A stretch of DNA of 64,000 nucleotides, taken from assembly GCA_016748015.1 (NCBI GenBank), contig JAAOMT010000727.1, positions 220,203-284,202 on the forward strand. Reading direction: 5' to 3'. Shown here piece by piece: positions 1-11,941 of the stretch (position 1 is the first letter of the stretch; each line of letters opens with the position of its first letter). Under the pieces are notes generated by a model. It saw only the letters and a list, made by a program, of their open reading frames with translations, ran no database searches and was not told the origin of the DNA. Source of the stretch: Geosiphon pyriformis uo1. Lineage: Eukaryota > Fungi > Glomeromycota. Made by a program: the position numbers and the translations under genes.

Positions 1-2109
1 GCTATTTTTGTCTGTATCAATAGCATTAGCATTGAAGCTGACATAAAAATATTTGAAGCAAATGAGTACACCATAATTGTTGGCAATGAGTGGCTCAAAA
101 AAACCAAAGCACTATTTGACTATAAACTTTGTAAACTAACCATCAAATGTGATAAAAAACTTATTATAGTTAAGTGCTATTATTGGACAACTCCTCCAAT
201 AATTAAGCAGAATCAAGAAGAAGAACAATCAGATAAATCAGATAATAATAAAAGTAATGAAGAAAAAGATCAAAAAAAACAAAAAAAAATTGTTGAACTT
301 ACTTATACTATTTTTACCAGCAATGGCAAGCCACTGGATAATATTAAAGCTGACAAAAAAGGAATTATGATAAATGGCAAGCTGATTTGTTAATTCTACT
401 ATAATATTCTCAAAAGAACTTTCAATAAAAAACCTGGCAAAAAAGCAAAATACAGTTATTGATAACATGATTTTTATGCCAAGTGTTGGTGCAATAAATT
501 TTTGTATTCTTCTAGCAATAAATACAAGTTCTGCCTAATCTATTACAAAAATTGGGAGCCAATTAGTTTAATACCCAAAGAAGAATTAAAAGAAGTACAG
601 AAGTTCTTTGAAAATGAACCACTTAAAATCCAATCACTTGTAATAGAACAAAGAGAATTCTCCCTGAAGAAAAAAAAATAGACATTGAAAATCTGTTGGC
701 TAGAAATAGCCCAGTTATCTCAAAAAAAAATAACATCTCTGAACGAATTCATGTGATATAACACACCATCACTATCAAAGAAACTTGTCTCATCTATTTG
801 AAGCTTTATCAATCCAATTAATACAATGATGAATTCATCAAAAAAGAGATAACCTGAATAAAATATCTTGGATTTATACAAAAAACCAAGAGTAAATAGA
901 CTTTTACAGTTGTAATAGTATTCAAAAAAAGTAGAACTCTATGCTATTGTGTTGACTACTGCCAATTAAATGCCATTACTATAAATAGTATGTACTTACT
1001 CTCCAAAATTGATGCAATACTAGACAAATTTAATGGTGCTACTTTCTTTTCACTATTGACTTAACTACTAGATTCTAATAAGTAGAGATAAATCCAGAAA
1101 GCAGAAAAAAAACTGTTTTTATCATTAAGTATGGTATTTATAAATTCACTGTTATGTTTTTTGGTCTTACCAATGCCCTTTCCACCTTTTAACATCTAAT
1201 GGACAAAGTGTTTGAATTAGTAAAAAAAAACTTTGTTCTAGTCTACTTAGATGATATAATAGTATACTCAAAAATCTTGGAATAAACACTTTGAACATTT
1301 ACAAAAGGTTTTTGACCTCCTTAGAAATGCTGACCTTAAGATCAACCCAATCAAATTTTTTTTTAGACATCAATCCACCCAGTTTTTTGGTTATTTTATT
1401 ACAAAAAATGGAATTTTTTCTGATCCAGCTAAAGTTGAAAAAGTTCAAAATATTAGACAATCAATAAATGTTCTTGAACTATGCTTTTTTCTTGGTTTGG
1501 CTTTTTACTATCGCAAATTCATTAAGAATTTTTCTAAAATTGTCTTTTCTCTCAATTAGCTACTTAGAAATGTCAACTATTACTAGGGCACTCATTAACA
1601 AAAAGCTTTTGAAACTCTGAAGAAAAAACTTGTTACTAAACCAATTTTTAAACAATCTGACCTGAACCAACTTTTTATCTTCTACACTAATATATCTGGC
1701 TATGAACTTAGTGTTGTTTTTTCACAAAAAAATGAAAATAGCAGAGAACATGCTATAACATATACCAGTAAAATTTTTATATCAGCAGAAAAAAATTATT
1801 CAATTATTGAACAAAAATACTTAACAGTAGTCTGAACTACTAGTTATTGGGATTAATATCTTTTTGGTGTAAAATTTCTAGTAGTAACAGACTATCAAGC
1901 CTTGGTTTGGCTGTGTAACAAAAAAAAGCTGGAACATAAATGGATAACTTACTGAATATTTCATCTGGATGAATTTAACTATGACATTTAACACCACAAA
2001 AGAGCTAATTATCAAAATGTTAACACTCTTTTTAGACTTGCCATTCAGTAATTGTACAATTTCTTAACCAAACCAACTTAATTATTAGTAATACTCTTAT
2101 AAACAAAAT

Positions 2110-3370
2110 ATGATAATAGACTTGGATAACTACTCTGTCTTAATAAAATTTTTGGATTAAAAACAATACTCACAGAACTACACTTAACAGCAAAGAGAAC
2201 ATTTGTGCAAACAATCAAATTTCTATTTAATTTGCTAAAACCAGTTATATAAAAGAAACAGAAAAGATCCTGACCATTCTCAAAGAGTCATAAAATTTGA
2301 AAAAAGAGAAATTGTGATCTACAATATATATACTAATTCATTAGCTAAACACTTTGAAAAAACAAAAACAATCCAGAAAACTTTAGCTTGTTATTATTGA
2401 CCTACCTTAGAAAAAGATATTACTGAGTACATTAAAACCTGTAATACTTGCCAAAGAAGAGAAAAACCCAATTGCAAAGAAAATATCTATTCAATCTCTG
2501 TTGTTCAACTATTTAACAGAATTGGCATAGATGTTGTTAAACTTTTAATAATAATTCCTGATGGCAATATATATATTATCATAGTTACCAACTATCTTAC
2601 AAAGTAAGTAAAAGCAAAAGCTACTTCAAACCAAACAGCAATTTCAATGGCCAATTTTATTTATGAAAATATTATCTGCCATTATGACTGTTCTAAAGAA
2701 CTTTTATCTGATAAAAAAAGAGCTTTTTTCAGTACACTAGTTGAAGAACTCTGCAAAAAAATAAGAATATGTTATAAACTTTCCTCCTCTTATCATCCTC
2801 AAACAAATGGTCTGGTAGAACGTTTCAATAAAACACTATATAAAATTTTAGCCAAAACTAGTAAAGAAATAAACTTATAAGACAGAGTACTGCCTTTAGC
2901 TTTGTTTGTTTATAGAACTGTAAATAATAATATAACAAGTTATGAATCTTTTTACTTGTTCTATAGATACATGACAACACTACTAATAGAAACTAACATT
3001 GAAACAATACCTTTTAAAGAAATCACAATAGAGAATTACAAAAACATTTTGTAAAAAAGACTTGGTATCATTCTTGACTCCTTGGTAAAAGCACGAATAA
3101 TTGCTTTTGAAAAAATAAAACAGTTTCAAGAAAAGCTTAAAAAAAAGAAAACCTATAAAATACTTTCCTTAAGTATTGGTAACTTGGTATTGAAATACCA
3201 TTTAGACAAAGATAATTTCTATGGTAGTAAATTTTCTAACCAGTAGAAAAAACTTTTTTTAGTCAACAGAGTTTTGAACAATAGTTCTTATATTTTCAAT
3301 AATTGTTCTGTTCATGGTATATGACTCAAAAAATATTACAAACAATCTGATTGGTTGTCTATTGTGATAA
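2110..3370 (+). pseudogene. Integrase of element A, in an ORF separate from RT-RH
   Basis: HHCC remnant (HF...YY*P...CNTCQ), GIDV, SD and PQTNGLVERFN motifs. RNase H ends in TAA at ~2049-2051 and the integrase frame restarts ~60 nt later at ATG 2110. Confidence 0.8.
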
Positions 3371-3409
3371 TACCGACTCAAATAATCAGCAAAAATCAAG
3401 TATAAATAA

Positions 3410-4060
3410 ATGCACCATTCCCAAAACAGAGGTATTTTCAATTCACATGAACAATTATTTTCTGAATTAAAATATTCAAAACACTTTTTATATTCTCTAT
3501 GAGTATTGAATCAAAAACTATCCAAATGCTACTCTGACCATTGAAAAACAGACTACCATAACTGATAACAATAGAACACATACTGTTATTAGACCAAAAA
3601 AAACCACTACCAGAAGAAAAAAAATTGGTAGCAAAATAGATAAATATTTGTTGAAAAGTATAACAGTAGCTATACTTTTATCTTTCAGCATAATTGAAAA
3701 AACAATCCAAAAAATCTTGCCCATAGACAAAAATTTGTTATATAAAAGGCAATTAAAACTTTATGGTTATTTTGGTAAAATTATAGAAAATATAAAACTC
3801 ATGAAGAAAACAACTTCAAAGATACAGACAGAAATTTTGGACATTATATAGTTAGATATCTTAAGAGTTTTAACTATTACTAAAAGAGCCAAAACTCTAA
3901 TACAAAGATTTGGCCTCTTAGATACAAAACTCATTTTGCCTCAAATATTATACACCTTATTTACCAAAGACTTTAATAAACTAGTTAGCTTTGAATTAAA
4001 CAAAACCTTTCAAATAGATTATTTATAAATAACTTGATTTTACTGAAGTTTAATTTTTTT
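3410..4060 (+). pseudogene. Extra 3' ORF (ORF3) of element A, unknown function
   Basis: ATG at 3410. Fragments LYGYFGKIIENI and KRAKTLIQRFG...LFTKDFNKL run up to the PPT/LTR boundary; the position matches ORF3 of element B. Confidence 0.5.
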
Positions 4061-4071
4061 AGTAAGAATAA

Positions 4072-4280
4072 TATTATGATTAAAACTTACACTTTTTATT
4101 AATTATCACATATATTAGCCACTAATATCACATAATTAGCCACCCTATTTTTAGATAGTAATCATTAACTTGATCATTAACTTGACTATTGACTTAATCA
4201 TTAACTTGATCATTGATCAATAACCTAATTATTGACCTGATTATTAAACTAATCATTGATTTAGTTGTTGACCTAATTAT
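4072..4280 (+). repeat. 3' LTR of element A, left part, with a 12-bp tandem array
   Basis: Starts TATTATGAT (degenerate TGTTA...) after a purine-rich tract. The 12-mer array (TCATTRACYTRA) at ~4160-4280 is interrupted by element B. Confidence 0.6.
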
Positions 4281-5365
4281 TGTTACCCAAGTAGAAAAAC
4301 TGATCCAAAGTTATGAAAAAACGTGACCAAAATGTGACATAACACAGAATAATATGCAATAATGTTGGATAATGCATAATAATGTAGGATAACATATTAT
4401 AATGCAGGATAACACAGAATAACGTGCAATAATGTAGGATAACATGTTATAATGCAGGATAACACAGAATAATATGTAATAACGTCAGATAATGTGTTAT
4501 AACATAGGATAACTAGTGATAATGTACAAAAACGAAGCAATAACAGAAACAACAAAGCAATAGTTAGTGATAGCGAGACAATTAAAAGCAATTCTGTAAA
4601 ACCAAAAGAATGTATAAAAGCAAGTAGTTGTAGAAGTGAGAAAAAACAGACAGATAAATACGAACTTTTAGACAAGAATTAAATATCCATACCCTTTCAT
4701 CCTTTATTATCTTCCCTATTTTATCTCCTAAAATAAACCAATTATTAAAAGAAATCAGAATCATGAATTCATGTTCTCGAACTTTGTGGAATTTACATAA
4801 ATTAACCTTTGTCTCATATCTTCATTCTAGGACAGATGCTCTTAGCATAACCGCCTCAAACCTATTAATAATTTGGACCAATCGCTCTTGATCACAGCAA
4901 TTGATGATACTAATTTATCTTTTTTATCTTTTTTTTTTTTATCTTTTTTTTTTTATCTTTCTTTTTCTGTCTTATTTTTGTGGAGTGGCAACATAGTAAA
5001 ATCGACTGTCTAGAAATAGACTTCGTGATAGCCTGGTAAAAGAAGGAAGCTCCCTCTAAGTTTTGGATATTAACATTATCTTGTTAGCTTACCAGAAGGG
5101 CGAAAAGACAATGCCAGACCCTAACAACTGTGCTCATTAGCTTGTAGAAGAAAGCTTACATTTACGAAAAACATTGCAATTGACGAAAGACAAACTCTGT
5201 GCCTTATAACCAAAGAACTTAACAGGTAAATTCACATCCAGAAATAGACCTTCAAAGACTGATAATCAAGACTAAAGCCAACAGAATTACGCAAAAGACG
5301 CATCATCAATAATTGAGAGCACCAAACGTTACCATTTCCCATACCCACCAAGTTTACCCATAACA
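4281..5365 (+). repeat. 5' LTR of element B (1085 bp)
   Basis: TGTTACCC...CCATAACA, colinear with 14139-15221. 10-bp period ATAAYRYRNN array at ~4338-4530, followed by TATAAAA at ~4613. Confidence 0.97.
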
Positions 5366-5367
5366 TT

Positions 5368-5382
5368 TGGTGTTCCCTGTGA
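5368..5382 (+). promoter_or_regulatory. Primer-binding site of element B
   Basis: TGGTGTTCCCTGTGA 2 nt after the LTR, complementary to a tRNA ending ...GGGAACACCA (possibly tRNA-Val-like; not verified). Confidence 0.75.
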
Positions 5383-5426
5383 AGTTATAAATCCACAGAG
5401 ACAGAGCACCCCAAAAATACATAAAA

Positions 5427-7210
5427 GTGGTGACTATTAAAATAATAGGAAAGGACCACTCTTCATACAGAAAAGCACTATTTCAATACTTTCGAAAAGA
5501 CCTAGAAATACCAGTAGAAACTGCTTATACAGAAAGTAATTTTTGTAACTATATCAACGCAAAAATTGACTGCTTGTTAGGCCATGCAACTGATACAGGA
5601 AGACTTGGAGAACAAATTCATCAAAGCTTACTAGAATACTCAACAGCCACGACTACCTGAGCAATTGCTGAAACTCTGTACATAATCAATACAGACATTA
5701 AATATTATATGGCACAACAATTCCCTCAACACCCCCGGAAACCTAGTTGGAAACACCACAAACTCCTGGAAATCCACACCCTTGGAATCAACACAGTTGA
5801 ACCAAATCATTAGGAAAATATGAATTGCTGTTTAGAAATCTTACCCCAGCAGCTGGTCAAACAGAAGGAAACCTGTCAACTTGGGAACAGCCACCAGCAC
5901 AAAACCTAGCAGAATCAACATCTCTTCTGATGAAAGAAACAGCTATCTTACAACCTATTGGTTCAAGTAACAAAGAAAAGCAACCAGCATTAGCACTCGG
6001 AGAACACTTGAATATGTGGACACCAATCTCTTTAAACATAACCAGTAACACCCCACCCATTAACCAGATTATGGCTTACTGGGATATCACTAAATTAGAA
6101 AAATTCTCTGGTGAAGAAGATAATGCATATTTTTGGATCGCTGATGCTGAAAAAGCAATTACCGCTAACAGTTGGAACAATGACCACACAATTCAGGCAC
6201 TGCCGTTCTTTCTGACCAGAACCACCAATTCATGGTACCAAAGCCTCGCAGAAAAGCCTACCTCCTTTACCGAGTTTAAACTCGCATTTCTGCAATACTT
6301 CTGTGATTCCAATACATTAATCCGATTGCAGAATCAATTTAGCATAATTAAACAAAAAAATCACGAAGCAGTAACTACTTATCTCAGACGATTCAATCAA
6401 ATCCTGCATCAAATATTAGCTATTGAAAGAGACTACTACACCATAGTGCAAGTTCTTAATCAATTCATTAAAGGATTGCAGAGTAGTATTCTAAGATCCG
6501 TAAGACCCCGCCATCCGACCAGTTTACAAGACGCCGTCACTCTTGCTCATGATTTTGAGTCTGCAGAACAAGAAGCAAACCATACCCAAGCTGTTAATTT
6601 AGCCATTAATAGAACCTCTAACATCAACACAAAGATAATCCAATTGAGTGAGAAACTAACTCAGAAAATTGAGATATTCTTAACTGGAACTACAGGAACT
6701 TACCAATTACCCCAACAGAAAGAAAATAACAACAACAGCAGATACCCATAGCAACAGAACCATCAGCAATAACAACAACCTTAGAGATCCGATCCCCACA
6801 ACTGTTACTACTACCAGAAACCTGAACACATCACCTGTAACTGCAGAAGGAAGATCATAGACCAAAATCAAGGAAACCCATATCAGCAACCCAGATATCA
6901 GCAAAACATGGTACCCCAATATTCTATACCTCAGAATCAACCGTCCTTATATGCACAACAAGTCCTGTACACTCAACTACCACTCCAAAATTATTATCAA
7001 CCACCACCAATGACACAAGCAATCCCTCACTATCAAACTTCCCCTTACAGCCTGTCCAGACCTCGAGCTATAGACTATAATCAAGGATAGAGGAATTCCA
7101 ACAACAATCAGGTGCAAACCAACAATGGACTGTCTCGACCAATCCCTCGCGGTCCTGCCTAATCTCGACCAACACCAACTGGATACCTGAATCAAGCTTC
7201 TTATCTTGGT
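5427..7210 (+). pseudogene. gag of element B (Retrotrans_gag capsid domain, degenerate CCHC zinc knuckle, Gln/Pro-rich tail)
   Basis: KLEKFSGEEDNAYFWI...FKLAFLQYF...QFIKGL. Knuckle remnant CYYYQKPEHITCNC at ~6803. From 5825 onward it is in the same frame as the protease, with internal stops. Confidence 0.9.
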
Positions 7211-7409
7211 TTTATGGAAGACCAGGGTTTTGATAAATCTACACTTGTGGAAAGGGGGGATATAGAACAAATCTCCCAACCTTCCAAGCAAACAAAAAGC
7301 AATATCCCACCAGCCACTATTACCGAAAACACCACTCTAGCTGCCATATTTCCTTTTGACATCGATAATTTAAACACCTATAGCTTTTTTAGTGGAGCAG
7401 CCATCAATC

Positions 7410-7810
7410 AAGATAAACCAATAATGGCCCTATACACCAATGCCAGAGTCAGAGGAATAGACATTAAATTAATCCTGGATAGCAGATCAGCCAATAGCAT
7501 AATCACAAAGCAGCTCATGGACCAACTAGGTTGCTAAGTAGACCGTGCTGCTACCACCTGAATCATTACAGCAGATAGAAACACAAAAACCCCAATAGAA
7601 AAAATTAACAACTTCCCCTTCGAGATTAATGGAATCCAAATCCCTACCAAAGTACTCATCATGGAAGCTACTCAATATTAAGCTCTAGTAGGAAATGATT
7701 GGTTGTTAAAAGCCAATGCTACTTTCGACTGGAACATTCAAGAACTTCAACTTACGTTCAATGGACAGCATGCTGAAGTCCCAGCTATGTGTGGACACTT
7801 TAAAACCCAA
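7410..7810 (+). pseudogene. Aspartic protease of element B
   Basis: IKLILDSRSANSIIT (DSG degenerated to DSR) and ALVGNDWL. Confidence 0.85.
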
Positions 7811-7889
7811 CGTACTGAGGAACCTCTTATTGAATTTGAAGACACATTAATGCCACCAACCATCAAGACCTATCAGGTTTCATGGGTGG

Positions 7890-8762
7890 TGTTACAGGTA
7901 ATTATTTCTGCTGTTGGATTAAATAACAAACCCGTAACTTAGTGCTCAAAAGCTACTTCCATTAATGATGTTCTGCAAGTGTTGTATCTGAAGATTTTGA
8001 TGGAGTTTTTTGTATAACGAACAGAGATTCAATAGTGTTGATAGTAGATGTATCTTTTCCAAGAGTTTTCCCAATTTCTTTTTCAGCGTGGTGGCCGGAT
8101 TTAGTCTGGCAGTCATGCCCTTCTGGTAAGCTATCCAATAATATATAAAATCCTACCCTTATTTCTGGGTCTTTTACCAGGCTATCCTTGACGTCAATAA
8201 CTCAGTGCTTAATTTTTTAATCAATTAGTATACCATAATAAAATCAAAGAAGAAAGAAAATAAAATAAAGAAAATAAAATAAAGAGAATTAGAGAAAAGA
8301 AGCCAAGGCAATTTGGTATGTTAATATCCCGTCAATAGCCATGATCAAGAGTTATTGTTTTAGCATGGTTAAGTATCAATTACTATCAACATGAAGTGTT
8401 GATAGTGAGAAGTGGATTGAGATATGAAATAATTATTTATTTAATAATTGCGTTCTGGGCTAAGAATTCTGTCATATTGATTCTGTTTTTTCTGTTTCTA
8501 ACTCTACTGCTATATATACATAATTGAGATTCCTTAATTCCTCAATTCTTTATGACAGGAATCCTAGAATTCCTGGAATCCTGCAATTCCTATGCGAGGA
8601 ATCCTGGAATTCTGGAATTCTGCAATTTTTTGTCAGAGAATCCTGAAATTCCTGGAATCCTGCAATTCCTGAGAGAAATCCTGGAATTCCACATTTTACT
8701 ACACTTACTTCTGATTGGTTAATAATCACACTAATATATTTCCTAAATTTCTATAAGTAACA
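7890..8762 (-). mobile_element. Solo LTR (element C, 873 bp) inserted in pol of element B
   Basis: TGTTAC...GTAACA ends with 4-bp flanks GTGG/GTAG. Removing it restores YQVSWV-DDY. On the minus strand: CCAAT, a 9-10 bp GGAATTCCA-type array (8530-8690), TATATATA, then AATAAA. Confidence 0.88.
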
Positions 8763-9679
8763 GTAGATGATTATTGAACTGAACTACTCCCACCACCAAC
8801 CTGGAAAGAAAAAAAAAAGGCAGAGCCAAAGAAAAACCCCAATCGTCATTACTAGGATATGTAACTTCAGACCAAAGAAACTTATTTTACCAACTCCCAA
8901 GACTAATATGTGTCGATTGTGGAAAAAAACTATCCACTATGGATACATATATCGGGAACAACAAAAAATGGCCCACCGCCACCAAATACTATTGCAGACC
9001 TTGTTTACTGGAAAGATTTGGATGACCAAAATGACAAGACAAGTGGGACAACACATCGTGCCTCGCATGTGGCGAAATCCTGCCAGATAAAAGACTCTGG
9101 AATGATGTGCCTGGCAGAGAAAGAACATGTGATGAGGCTTGTTAATACACCATATTAATCAACGATTGGGTACGAAAGGGAACCCCCATCGAGGATGCTT
9201 GGAAATGAGCACTTAATAGGCTGAACGGTTATTTACACAATGACCACAAAATTTGAAGAATAGCAAGCGCCAAGGCCGAAGGCACCACGCCCAAAGAAAT
9301 ACGAGAAATTAAGAACAATTCTTAGACGCCTGAAAATAATGAACCCAACTACCCTGAGGATGATTTCTTCACAGATGACCCAGATGCATTTTAGAACTGA
9401 TATCAGGAATTGGTCCTGACTCGCAAAGAACAGAAGCAAAAGTTGGCCAATTTGAATACCAAATTGTGTGATCACTGTTTGATCCCCTGTCACTTCCAAT
9501 ACTGTGACAAATGTGATCTCATGTTCAATCTACCTCCAAGAATACTGTTTCCAATTACCGAACTACCTGAACCCAAAAAAGAGGTATTGATCACCGAGGA
9601 CATGTTATTTCAAGATCCAACTGAGGATACTGAAACAAAACAGTATCTTACATATTCCAACCTATCCAAAGAACTAGAG

Positions 9680-10105
9680 CTAAAATGGTACAGTGACAAT
9701 GAGGAAAGAATCTGCCCCGAAAGAGCACATAACACTGATGCCAGTTTCAATCTATAATACCCCAAACAATCACCTATCATTATAGCCTCATATTTCTTCG
9801 TAAAAATAGATCTTAAGATAGCGTTAGAAATTTTTATTAGTACAATGGTACAAGTTGCCTCTCAATCTAATCTAGCCAAGAAAGGAATTGATGTAAAAGA
9901 AGGAATCATCAATGCTGGTTACACAGGAAACATTATCATAATGCTACAGAACAATTTAGACAGACCCTAAAAAATAGAATCACAAGAAAAAATTGCCCAA
10001 GCTATCTTTCTACCCCTAGTCAAAACACCCCAATTAACCCCAATAACAACTCAAGAAAAGTTAGGCCTCACTGCTCAAGGAATCAACGGGTTTGAATCAA
10101 GTGGA
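9680..10105 (+). pseudogene. dUTPase domain of element B, between protease and RT
   Basis: All five motifs are recognisable though mutated: DASFNL (AGFDL), ASQSNLA (RSSLA), GIINAGYTGNI (GxIDxGYxG), EKIAQAI, AQGINGFESSG (RGxxGFGSSG). Confidence 0.9.
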
Positions 10106-10599
10106 AGAGGAAACTTACCAGTTAATTTCACAGAGGAAGACAGTGACCAGGTAGAATTTATTAATACCAACACCGTCATTTCCATTCCCCTATACTGACA
10201 ATACATTCTCAAGGTGAATTGAAAGATCCAAGATCAAGCCCTGTTATTCGAAGCCAGTCCCAAAATCTGTTCCCTAGCCAATGTTGCTAATCTATACCTA
10301 CCAGTCAAAGTCCATAAACACTTCAAAATCCCCATTCACAACCCAACAGAAGATGTCATTAAAATCCCCGAAGGGACCCTCATCAGTTCCATATCCATAG
10401 ATATTCAGAATTCTGAAAAACCCCAGTCTATTCCAGATTTCGCACAATTATTCTTATTCTGTGACATTACCTCACAAGTATAGAATTTGCCAAAAGAAAG
10501 TTACTTGTTCACACCAGAAAAGATCAATAAATTGAATTTAGGAAATTTAAGTACTCTACAACAAATACAACTCAAAGTCCTTCTGAATTAGTATACCAA

Positions 10600-11931
10600 T
10601 GTTTTTGCCAGTGAAAATGAGTTCGGACACATTGACATCATAAAGCATCAGATTGATACAGAAGACACTCGACTGATTAAGCAACAACTTACCACATACC
10701 CCTATTTGGCGACAACCTAATTAAGCAAGAAGTGCAATGGATGCTTGATAATGGCCTAATCAAAGAATTGTTAAGCTCTTGGTCCTCTCCAGTAGTTTTG
10801 GTCACCAAGAAAAACGGAAAAGTGCAATTCTGCATAGATTATCGAAAACTAAATAGCATCACGTGAGGAGATAGTTATCCCATTCCCCTCATCCAAGAAA
10901 TTCTGGACAATCTAGGGAAAAAGAAATGGTTCTTGTCATTAGATTTAGCAAGTGGTTACTGGCAAGTTGAAATGAACTCCAAAGACAAAAAAAAACCAGC
11001 GTTTACCATTCAAGATGGAAACTTCGAGTTTAATGTAATGCCTTTTGGACTTTGTAATACTCCTGCCACATTTCAATGCCTGATGGATGTAGTATATAAA
11101 GAAATCCTTTAAAAATCAGTAGTAGTCTACCTAGATAACACAAATGTGTTTTCTGAAACATTCGATGACCATCTGCTCTATCTGCAACAAGTCTTTGAAT
11201 GCTTTCATAGTACTGGATTGAAACTCAATCTTAAGAAATGCTTCTTTGGAAAAACCGAGTTAAAATTCCTAGGACATGTAATCGGCAAGGACAGAGTTAA
11301 ACCCAATCCAGATAAAGTACAAAAAGTCAAGAATTTTTCAGCCCCAATCAACTTCAGAGAATTATGAGGATTTCTAGGATTGGCAGAATATTATCGTCGA
11401 TTTGTCAAAGGTTTCTCGAACATTACAAAACCACTTCATCAATTGTTGTCCAAATACATACCATACTTGTGGAAGAAAGATCAACAGAAAGCATTCGACT
11501 ATCTCAAACAGCAATTGATTACATTCCCAATTCTGATTTATTCAGATTTCACTAAATGGTTCATTGTCACAATGGATGCCTCAAAAAATGCTCTAGGAGC
11601 AGTTTTATTACAGATAGGACCAGACAATAGAGAACACCCAGTTGCCTATGCTAGTCACAGCACTAGCCTAGCAGAAAAGAATTACAGCACAACAGATCTA
11701 GAATGTCTTGCCATTTATTGAGCTGTACAGACTTGGAAACATTACCTTAGTCAACTATTTGACCTATATACTAATCACAAAGGACTTATTTGGTTACTCA
11801 ACAATCCACAACTAGAAGAAAAATATGTAAGATGGAGTACTTATCTGCAACAATTCCCACTCAAAGTCTATTACAAGAAAAAATCCAAGAACACCAATGC
11901 CGACAGTTTGTCAAGGATGCCACAAATCTAA
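10600..11931 (+). pseudogene. Reverse transcriptase-RNase H of element B
   Basis: WSSPVVLV, FCIDYRKLN, LDLASGYWQV, MPFGLCN, YLDN (YLDD mutated, ~11128), KFLGHVI, MDAS, NYSTTDLECLAI, NTNADSLSR, then TAA at 11929-11931. Confidence 0.95.
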
Positions 11932-11941
11932 TCCCAGACTC

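Larger units (their letters stand above)
1..4071 (+). mobile_element. Decayed Ty3/Gypsy LTR retrotransposon, element A, internal region (5' part outside the window): protease end, RT, RNase H, integrase, extra 3' ORF
   Basis: Fragmentary translations: IIVGNEWL (protease C-term, ~70), YCVDYCQLN (~945), VMFFGLTNA (~1150), VYLDDIIVYS (~1241), RNase H VVTDYQAL (~1880), GIDVV (~2524), YHPQTNGLVERFNKTL (2791). Many stops and frameshifts. Confidence 0.92.

Noticed and set aside
4397-4675. Hydrophobic 92-aa antisense ORFs in both B LTRs (also 14255-14533)
   Set aside because: By-product of the T-rich strand of the 10-bp array; no ATG start, and presence in both copies only reflects LTR identity.
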